A stretch of 64,000 bases of DNA from NCBI GenBank assembly GCA_040402835.1, contig JBBALW010000004.1. The stretch is one strand, 5' to 3'. A program made the position numbers and the translations under genes. The notes under the pieces are model-generated. The model was not told the DNA's origin. It saw only the letters and a program-made list of their open reading frames with translations, and searched no databases. Position 1 is the first letter of the stretch; each line of letters starts with the position of its first letter. This stretch comes from Flavobacterium sp. Its GTDB lineage: Bacteria > Bacteroidota > Bacteroidia > Flavobacteriales > Flavobacteriaceae. This document shows, piece after piece, positions 57,627 to 64,000 of the stretch.

Positions 57627-57724
57627 GCCGGTTTAGTAGTCTCGTCTTTTTGGACGAGATGAAAAGCTTTCCGTTTATTCTGAATTTATTTCAGAATTTA
57701 AGGATAGCTTTTTTGATTTTATAG
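57627..57724 (+). repeat. right flanking repeat of the GIY-YIG gene
   Basis: GCCGGTTTAGTAGT, hairpin CTCGTCTTTTTGGACGAG, ATGAAAAGCTTTC, ..., AGCTTTTTTGATTTTATA. Confidence 0.7.
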
Positions 57725-57840
57725 AGGTTTGCAGTATCACAAAACCTATTAATTATGTTATATAAAATATTTTATACCTGTATAACTTGCAATATCAAAC
57801 ACAATTCACTTACTTTGTACCGTTCTTAAACGTACTGATT

Positions 57841-57943
57841 GTTATCACGAAAGCCCGAGGGATTAGACCCGTTGAAAGCTTAGCAACCCTTTATGCGTAA
57901 AGAAGGTGCTACATTCTATTCCGATTTATCGGAAACAGATAAC
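57841..57943 (+). promoter_or_regulatory. SAM-I (S-box) riboswitch upstream of the metH/metF genes
   Basis: GTTATCACGAAAG..CGAGGGATTAGACCCGTTGAAAGCTTAGCAACC....AAGGTGCTACATTC....CAGATAAC matches the S-box core (P1 GTTATC/GATAAC; AGGGA, CCC.UGA, GCAACC and GGUGCUA blocks). Confidence 0.75.
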
Positions 57944-58018
57944 CCGAGATTTTCTCTCCCTTTCCACATAACATTTTTTATTTTTTTGAAGCAAATTTTT
58001 AGGCTTTCTAATACTTCG

Positions 58019-58081
58019 TATTCCCGTTTTCCGTTGCAATCTGCTCTAAAAAGAGCAGGATTTCCACTACAACCGGGGCTA
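58019..58081 (-). repeat. intergenic repeat family member between the riboswitch and the metH start
   Basis: ..TTCCCGTTTTCCGTTGCAATCTGCTCTAAAAAGAGCAGGATTTCCACTACAACCGGGGCTA. Same terminus type as 39515..39655. Internal hairpin CTGCTCT-aaaa-AGAGCAG. Confidence 0.55.
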
Positions 58082-58163
58082 AAAATGTATTCGTTTGAAC
58101 TTTTGGAACTATTAATCAAAAAAACAAATCACCATAAATAGCGTGATTTATAAGTAATAAAAT

Positions 58164-59195
58164 ATGTCAAATATTTCAAAACACTCAGAATCAACTCCCC
58201 CTTCGGGGGTTTGGGGGGCAATCAATAAACGAATTCTTATTCTCGACGGAGCAATGGGAACCATGTTGCAACGCTATAATTTCTCGGAAGAAGATTTCCG
58301 AGGTGAGCGTTTCGCAACTTTTCCCTATTCCCTAAAAGGAAACAACGATTTACTTTCGTTAACACAACCAAATGCAATTCGAGATATTCACGCACAATAT
58401 TTAGAAGCAGGTGCCGATATTGTAGAAACTAACACCTTCTCAGGAACAACAATAGGAATGGCAGATTATCATCTCGAAGACATTGTTTACGAACTTAACT
58501 TTGAATCTGCCAAAATTGCACGCGAAGTAGCCCATGAATTCACAGCAAAAAATCCTGAAAAACCCCGTTTTGTTGCGGGTTCAATAGGGCCAACAAACAG
58601 AACCGCAAGCATGTCGCCCGATGTAAACGACCCAGGCTTCAGAGCCGTATCATTCGACGATTTACGAATTGCTTATAAACAACAAGTCGAAGCCCTTATT
58701 GATGGTGGCGTAGATTTGCTTTTAGTGGAAACCATTTTCGATACTCTAAATGCCAAAGCAGCACTTTTCGCCATAGAAGAAGTCAAAGACGAACGCAAAA
58801 TCGACATTCCAATTATGGTTTCTGGAACCATTACCGATGCTTCTGGAAGAACACTTTCCGGGCAAACCGTAGAAGCTTTTTTAATTTCAATTTCACATAT
58901 TCCATTGTTGAGCGTAGGTTTCAATTGTGCTTTGGGAGCACACCAACTGAAACCGTATTTGAAACAATTGGCACACAATACATCTTTCAATATTTCGGCA
59001 CATCCTAATGCAGGATTGCCAAACGCTTTCGGGCAATACGACGAAACGCCCAAAGAAATGCAAGCGCAAATCAAAGAATATTTAGACGAAAATTTAATCA
59101 ATATTATTGGAGGATGTTGCGGAACAAATCCAGACCACATTCGATTAATTGCTGAAGTGGCGAAGGATTATAAACCAAGAAAAGTTGTCGGTTGA
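58164..59195 (+). CDS. homocysteine S-methyltransferase domain protein (N-terminal module of split methionine synthase)
   Basis: 343 aa. ..ILILDGAMGTMLQ.., ..VETNTF.., ..GFNCALG.., ..IGGCCGT (Zn/Hcy-binding cysteines). Confidence 0.9.
   Translation: MSNISKHSESTPPSGVWGAINKRILILDGAMGTMLQRYNFSEEDFRGERFATFPYSLKGNNDLLSLTQPNAIRDIHAQYLEAGADIVETNTFSGTTIGMADYHLEDIVYELNFESAKIAREVAHEFTAKNPEKPRFVAGSIGPTNRTASMSPDVNDPGFRAVSFDDLRIAYKQQVEALIDGGVDLLLVETIFDTLNAKAALFAIEEVKDERKIDIPIMVSGTITDASGRTLSGQTVEAFLISISHIPLLSVGFNCALGAHQLKPYLKQLAHNTSFNISAHPNAGLPNAFGQYDETPKEMQAQIKEYLDENLINIIGGCCGTNPDHIRLIAEVAKDYKPRKVVG
58196..58219. repeat. solo arm of the GC-rich hairpin element family, inside the annotated 5' end of the gene
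   Basis: TCCCCCTTCGGGGGTTTGGGGGGC, compared with the arm TTCCCCCTTCGGGGGTTAGGGGGCT at 62470..62494. Translated as ..PPSGVWGA... Confidence 0.7.
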
Positions 59196-59663
59196 TAGTT
59201 GATGGTTCTTGGGAAATCCATCCAATAAAAATTAATTTATCAATTTACAAAAATCAACAATAAATATGGAATACAATAAACTTGAAGTTTGGATTGAAGC
59301 AAGAAAATTGACAAATTTAATTTACGATTTATCTAAAGTTTTTCCAAAAGAAGAGATTTACGGATTGACAAATCAAATGAGAAGATGTTCGGTTTCAATT
59401 CCTTCCAATATTGCGGAAGGTTGCGGAAGACAAACTTCAAAAGATACAATTAATTTTTTGCACATATCAAGAGGCTCATTATATGAATTAGAAACACAAT
59501 GTTATGTAGCTCTTGACCAAAAATATATTGACGAGAATAATTTTAATATTGTTTTTAACCAGATGCAATCTTGTAAAAAACTATTAAATGGATTTATAAA
59601 TTATTATAAAAAGTTGTTATGATTATAGATACGGCCAACAACCAACAACCAACAACCAACAAC
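59190..59663 (+). mobile_element. four-helix-bundle ORF cassette bounded by heptad-type inverted repeats
   Basis: Left arm GGTTGATAGTTGATGGTT (59190..59207) can pair at 15/18 positions with AACCAACAACCAACAACC inside the right arm (59635..59663). It encloses the ORF at 59266..59622. Confidence 0.55.
59266..59622 (+). CDS. four-helix-bundle protein (23S rRNA intervening-sequence protein / Avd-like family)
   Basis: 118 aa. ..[71 protein letters not shown] is the classic family signature. Confidence 0.85.
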   Translation: MEYNKLEVWIEARKLTNLIYDLSKVFPKEEIYGLTNQMRRCSVSIPSNIAEGCGRQTSKDTINFLHISRGSLYELETQCYVALDQKYIDENNFNIVFNQMQSCKKLLNGFINYYKKLL

Positions 59664-62324
59664 TATTTAAAGTTATCAGGACTTGAACCACTAATAGTGA
59701 CTCCAGAAACCAACTTCGTAAACGTTGGTGAACGAACTAATGTAACCGGTTCCCGAAAATTTTTGCGTCTTATAAAAGAGGAAAAATACGCCGAAGCACT
59801 TGCTGTGGCTCGTGACCAAGTAGAAGGTGGCGCACAAATCATCGATATTAATATGGATGAAGGAATGCTTGATGGCGTTTATGCAATGACCACTTTCCTA
59901 AATTTAATTGCTTCCGAACCGGATATTTCTCGTGTTCCTTTGATGATTGACAGTTCAAAATGGGAAATTATCGAAGCCGGTTTGAAAGTGGCTCAAGGAA
60001 AAAGTGTGGTGAATTCAATTTCTCTAAAAGAAGGGGAAGAACAATTTATTCATCATGCCAAATTAGTAAAACGATACGGAGCGGCTGTAATCATTATGGC
60101 ATTTGATGAAAAAGGACAAGCCGATAATTACGAACGACGAATCGAAATTTGCAAACGCTCGTACGATATTTTAGTTGACGTAGTTGGTTTTCCGGCTCAA
60201 GATATTATTTTCGATCCTAATATTTTCCCAGTTGCCACAGGAATGGACGAACATAAATTGAATGCTTTAGATTTCTTTCGAGCCACAAAATGGATTAAAG
60301 AAAATCTTCCACACGCCCATGTAAGCGGTGGCGTGAGTAACGTTTCGTTCTCTTTTAGAGGAAATGATACGGTGCGAGAAGCAATGCATTCCGCATTTTT
60401 GTATCACGCTATCCAAAACGGAATGACAATGGGAATTGTAAATCCCGAGATGTTATCTATATATGATGAAATCCCAAAAGATTTATTGGAACACGTTGAA
60501 GATGTTTTATTAAACAGAAGGGACGATGCAACCGAACGATTATTAGACTTCGCTGAAAATGTAAAAGGCGATTTTAAAGTAAATGAAAAGGCAATCCAAG
60601 AATGGCGTTCTGGTAAAATCCAAGAACGATTAACGCATTCTTTGGTAAGAGGAATTGATGAATTTATAGAATTAGACATAGAAGAAGCAAGACTTGCAGC
60701 TTCAAAACCAATCGAAGTTATCGAGATTAATTTGATGACAGGAATGAATGTTGTAGGTGATTTATTTGGGAGTGGAAAAATGTTTTTGCCACAAGTAGTT
60801 AAATCGGCACGAGTTATGAAAAAAGCCGTGGCTTATTTACTTCCATTTATTGAAGCGAGCAAACAGGTTGGTGACAAACAAGGGGCTGGCCGCATTTTGA
60901 TGGCAACCGTAAAAGGTGATGTCCATGATATTGGGAAAAATATTGTTTCCGTGGTTTTGGCTTGTAATAACTATGAAATCATTGATTTAGGTGTAATGGT
61001 TGCACCCGAAAAAATTATTGCAGCAGCTATTGAACATAATGTCGATGTTATTGGTTTAAGTGGATTAATCACGCCTTCATTAGATGAAATGGTTTATTTG
61101 GCTAAAGAATTAGAAAGGTTAAATATTAAAATTCCAATAATGATTGGTGGCGCAACCACTTCTCGTGCACATACCGCAGTGAAAATTGCGCCACAATATA
61201 ACAGCACTGTAGTTCACGTGAATGACGCTTCGAGAGCGGTAACAGTTGCGGGAAATTTATTGAATACCGAAACAAAATTAAAATACACAACTGATATTCG
61301 ATTAGAATATGACGAATTGCGTGAAGGATATTTGAACCGAAGTCGCGACAAAAATTTCTTGACAATTGAACAGGCTCGTGCCAATAAATTAAAATTAGAT
61401 TGGGATAATTTCACACCTGTAAAACCAAATTTTATTGGTTCAAAAACCATAGAAGTTGATTTGGATGTTTTAGTTCAGTATATCGATTGGACACCATTTT
61501 TTAGAACTTGGGAATTGTTTGGAAAATATCCAGCGATTTTAACAGATGAAGTGGTTGGCGAACAAGCAACTTCAGTTTTTGCTGATGCTCAAGAAATGTT
61601 GAAAGTAATTATCAAAGAAAAGAAATTAACTGCTAAAGGAATTTATGGAATATTTCCAGCGAATCAAGTTAACGATGATGATATTTTGGTTCAACCAACC
61701 AACAACCAACAACCAGCAACATTTTTAACTTTGCGTCAGCAATCTCAAAAAACGGCAGGCGCACCAAACATAGCTTTAGCCGATTTTATTGCACCTAAAG
61801 ACAGTGGGAAAACTGATTATATGGGTGCATTTTGTGTAACCACTGGTTTTGGTGTTGACGAATGGGCAACTGAATTTGAGAAGAATTTAGACGACTACAA
61901 TTCGATTATGGTGAAAGCTTTGGCAGACCGATTTGCGGAAGCATTCGCCGAATATTTACACGAAAAAGTACGTAAAGAAATTTGGGGTTATGCAACTGAT
62001 GAGGTTTTAACTACTGAAGAATTAATTGGCGAAAGCTACAAAGGAATTCGTCCAGCGCCAGGGTATCCAGCATGTCCAGACCATTTAGAAAAGCCAACGA
62101 TTTGGAAATTATTAAATGTAGAACAAGAAATTGGAGTAAAATTAACTGAAAGTATGGCAATGTGGCCTGCGTCATCGGTTTCAGGATATTATTTTGGAAA
62201 CCCAGAAAGTAAGTATTTTGGGCTTGGGAAAATAAAAGAAGACCAAGTAATTGATTACGCAAAACGCAGAAGCATACCAACGGAAGTTGCCAATAAATGG
62301 TTGAATCCAAACATAGCAGAGTAA
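59619..62324 (+). CDS. metH: methionine synthase (pterin-binding, B12-binding and AdoMet-activation modules)
   Basis: 901 aa. ..[11 protein letters not shown].., B12 motif ..[11 protein letters not shown].., ..[12 protein letters not shown]... ATGA overlap with the preceding ORF. Confidence 0.93.
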   Translation: MIIDTANNQQPTTNNYLKLSGLEPLIVTPETNFVNVGERTNVTGSRKFLRLIKEEKYAEALAVARDQVEGGAQIIDINMDEGMLDGVYAMTTFLNLIASEPDISRVPLMIDSSKWEIIEAGLKVAQGKSVVNSISLKEGEEQFIHHAKLVKRYGAAVIIMAFDEKGQADNYERRIEICKRSYDILVDVVGFPAQDIIFDPNIFPVATGMDEHKLNALDFFRATKWIKENLPHAHVSGGVSNVSFSFRGNDTVREAMHSAFLYHAIQNGMTMGIVNPEMLSIYDEIPKDLLEHVEDVLLNRRDDATERLLDFAENVKGDFKVNEKAIQEWRSGKIQERLTHSLVRGIDEFIELDIEEARLAASKPIEVIEINLMTGMNVVGDLFGSGKMFLPQVVKSARVMKKAVAYLLPFIEASKQVGDKQGAGRILMATVKGDVHDIGKNIVSVVLACNNYEIIDLGVMVAPEKIIAAAIEHNVDVIGLSGLITPSLDEMVYLAKELERLNIKIPIMIGGATTSRAHTAVKIAPQYNSTVVHVNDASRAVTVAGNLLNTETKLKYTTDIRLEYDELREGYLNRSRDKNFLTIEQARANKLKLDWDNFTPVKPNFIGSKTIEVDLDVLVQYIDWTPFFRTWELFGKYPAILTDEVVGEQATSVFADAQEMLKVIIKEKKLTAKGIYGIFPANQVNDDDILVQPTNNQQPATFLTLRQQSQKTAGAPNIALADFIAPKDSGKTDYMGAFCVTTGFGVDEWATEFEKNLDDYNSIMVKALADRFAEAFAEYLHEKVRKEIWGYATDEVLTTEELIGESYKGIRPAPGYPACPDHLEKPTIWKLLNVEQEIGVKLTESMAMWPASSVSGYYFGNPESKYFGLGKIKEDQVIDYAKRRSIPTEVANKWLNPNIAE

Positions 62325-62494
62325 GCCCCCTAACCCCCGAAGGGGGAACTCCAATCTTTATAAATAAATTGGGGTTGGGCAAAATGTTAACTTAATTAAA
62401 CATAAAGAATTTTGAAAAATTATATAATTATTAACCAAGTTGTGTCTTCTGTATTAGGCGCAACTGCAATTCCCCCTTCGGGGGTTAGGGGGCT
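62324..62494. mobile_element. MITE-like element with perfect 25-bp terminal inverted repeats filling the metH-metF spacer
   Basis: AGCCCCCTAACCCCCGAAGGGGGAA (62324..62348) is the exact reverse complement of TTCCCCCTTCGGGGGTTAGGGGGCT (62470..62494). No ORF inside. Confidence 0.85.
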
Positions 62495-63451
62495 ATGAAA
62501 GTAACACAACATATCGAAGACGCAAAAGGAACTACATTATTTTCTTTTGAAATTATCCCGCCACAAAAGGGGAAAAGCATACAAGAATTATACGATAATA
62601 TTGACCCATTAATGGAGTTTAAACCACCATTTATTGATGTAACAACTTCTCGCGAAGAGTTTGTTTATATCGATAAAGGAAATGGATTATTGGATAAAAA
62701 ACTCACAAGAATGCGTCCCGGAACATTGGGAATATGCGCATCCATAAAACATAAATACAATGTGGATACCATTCCACACGTGCTTTGCGGTGGTTTTACT
62801 AAGGAAGAAACGGAGTATCTATTGGTAGATTGTCATTATTTAGGAATTGATAATGTGATGGCTTTGCGTGGCGATGCAATGAAAGATGAAAAATATTTTA
62901 TCCCAAAAAGTGGTGGAAATGACCATGCGATTGATTTGGTGAAACAAATTAAACTCTTAAATGATGGTAAATATTTACACGATTTATTAGACGTGGATAA
63001 TAAATCAGATTTTTGTATCGGAGTTGCAGGTTATCCTGAAAAACATTTGGAATCACCTTCATTGCAATCGGATTTAAGAAGACTTAAGGAAAAAGTAGAT
63101 GCTGGGGCAGATTATGTTGTTACTCAGATGTTTTTCGACAATTCAAAATACTTCGAGTTTGTTGATAAAGCAAGAGCAATGGGAATTACAATTCCTATTA
63201 TTCCTGGTATTAAACCAATTGCCGTAAAAAAACACATGCAACTTTTGCCACAAGTTTTCCGAGTAGATTTACCTGAAGATTTGATTAGTGCCATCGAAAA
63301 ATGCAAATCATCTGCCGAAGTTAAAATTGTTGGTGTTGAATGGGCAATTCAGCAATCTTTAGAATTAAAACAAGCGGGAGTTCCAGTTTTGCATTATTAT
63401 TCTATGGGTAAATCTGAAAATATTAAACAAATAGCGAGTAAGGTATTTTAA
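62495..63451 (+). CDS. metF: 5,10-methylenetetrahydrofolate reductase
   Basis: 318 aa. ..FSFEIIPP.., ..ALRGD.., ..GVAGYPEKH.., ..GADYVVTQMFFD... Confidence 0.93.
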   Translation: MKVTQHIEDAKGTTLFSFEIIPPQKGKSIQELYDNIDPLMEFKPPFIDVTTSREEFVYIDKGNGLLDKKLTRMRPGTLGICASIKHKYNVDTIPHVLCGGFTKEETEYLLVDCHYLGIDNVMALRGDAMKDEKYFIPKSGGNDHAIDLVKQIKLLNDGKYLHDLLDVDNKSDFCIGVAGYPEKHLESPSLQSDLRRLKEKVDAGADYVVTQMFFDNSKYFEFVDKARAMGITIPIIPGIKPIAVKKHMQLLPQVFRVDLPEDLISAIEKCKSSAEVKIVGVEWAIQQSLELKQAGVPVLHYYSMGKSENIKQIASKVF

Positions 63452-63461
63452 GTAATTCAGA

Positions 63462-63497
63462 CCTGACAGGTTTTTAAAACCTTTCAGGCATTTTTTT
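63462..63497. terminator. terminator between convergent metF and the ABC ATPase gene
   Basis: CCTGACAGGTTT-tta-AAACCTTTCAGG followed by T7. Confidence 0.7.
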
Positions 63498-63513
63498 CGT
63501 CACAACCACTCAA

Positions 63514-64000
63514 CTACTTCGTAATCTCCCTAAAAACAGCTTCCAGATTTTTATTTTTCTGATTGAGTTGTAAGGTTCTCAAACCATGGGCATTGGCAAA
63601 ATCAAAAACCGTTGGTCGCATATCGGTTTCGGACTCAAAGGTTAGTTCCCAAATCATATCATGGGTATTTTTATAGGATTTCAAATGAGGTATTTTTGCA
63701 ATTGCCTCTTCTTCAATTTTATAATCAAATTCTACTTCAATAACTTGTTCTTTATCGGCAGAAATTAATTTGTCTAATTTTTTATCAGTTACAATTTTAC
63801 CATTATTGATAATAATTACTCGATCACAAATGGCCTCAACCTCTTGCATAATATGCGTAGAAAGGAAAACAGTTTTGTCTTTTCCAACATTTTTAATCAC
63901 ATTTCTGATTTCTACCAATTGATTTGGATCCAATCCTGTGGTAGGTTCATCCAAAATTAAAACGTCTGGATTATGTAATAATGCATTCGCCAAACCCACA
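63514..64000 (-). CDS. ABC transporter ATP-binding protein, C-terminal part (GldA-like); 5' end outside the window
   Basis: Walker B/D-loop region ..PDVLILDEPTTGLDP.., H-loop ..LSTHIMQE... The reading frame is open to the window edge. Confidence 0.8.
   Translation of the reverse strand, partial: VGLANALLHNPDVLILDEPTTGLDPNQLVEIRNVIKNVGKDKTVFLSTHIMQEVEAICDRVIIINNGKIVTDKKLDKLISADKEQVIEVEFDYKIEEEAIAKIPHLKSYKNTHDMIWELTFESETDMRPTVFDFANAHGLRTLQLNQKNKNLEAVFREITK

Noticed and set aside
57893-58141. 82-aa plus-strand and 67-aa minus-strand ORFs between the GIY-YIG gene and metH
   Set aside because: They cover the 3' part of the SAM riboswitch and an intergenic repeat copy. The peptide is repeat-derived (..RFPLQSALKRAGFPLQPG..) rather than a real protein.
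58673-59140. 155-aa minus-strand ORF
   Set aside because: Antisense to the homocysteine methyltransferase gene, Cys/Ser-rich and without a recognisable domain. Shadow ORF.
59635-59663. Possible CRISPR array or microsatellite (AACAACC repeats)
   Set aside because: There are only about four contiguous heptads with no spacers. They are translated as part of metH and pair with an upstream inverted copy. I interpret them as a cassette arm, not a CRISPR array.
62011-62382. 123-aa minus-strand ORF spanning the metH 3' end and the inverted-repeat element
   Set aside because: It overlaps the strongly supported metH coding region, and its start region is simply the GC-rich repeat arm. No support as a gene.
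1-64000. Prophage, integrative element, transposase/IS, CRISPR-Cas or rRNA operon
   Set aside because: No integrase, transposase, capsid/terminase, cas or rRNA-like sequence was recognisable in any frame. The only mobile-type signals are the small non-autonomous repeats and the cassettes listed above.

Overview
Low-GC chromosomal segment, almost certainly from a Flavobacterium-like member of the Bacteroidota. Support: T9SS C-terminal sorting domains, PorT-like and TamL-like genes, a GldA-like ABC ATPase, and TTG/TAnnTTTG promoter boxes with no Shine-Dalgarno signals. Most of the window is housekeeping: mreBCD-mrdA, purH, accD, fbaA, ubiE, folA, thyA, etfBA, pdhB, ppa, hppA, dnaE, trxA, tRNA-Asp, and a SAM-riboswitch-controlled split metH plus metF. 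Three accessory islets interrupt this backbone. Each sits directly after a housekeeping gene and ends with a duplicated copy of that gene's 3' tail. (1) kup plus a KdpE/KdpD-like two-component pair lies after accD. (2) A T9SS-secreted S8 protease plus a PrcB-like lipoprotein lies after a TrmH-family methyltransferase gene. (3) After dnaE lies a type IIG restriction-modification gene, broken by two poly(A) frameshifts, followed by a two-gene module: a STAS-like/GHKL-ATPase protein and a small STAS-like (DUF4325-type) protein. That two-gene module is my best candidate for an undescribed, possibly anti-phage, partner-switching-like system. Other notable content: a sucrose-type utilisation locus with twin LacI operators (LacI, TonB-dependent receptor, MFS, GH100-like hydrolase, fructokinase); several small repeat families, including a 171-bp element with perfect 25-bp terminal inverted repeats that exactly fills the metH-metF spacer; a four-helix-bundle ORF cassette between the two metH genes; a repeat-flanked GIY-YIG gene beside tRNA-Asp; and a membrane pyrophosphatase with a Cys/Met-rich C-terminal extension. 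I saw no rRNA, CRISPR array, transposase or integrase. All calls come from reading the sequence and translations by eye; no database search was run.
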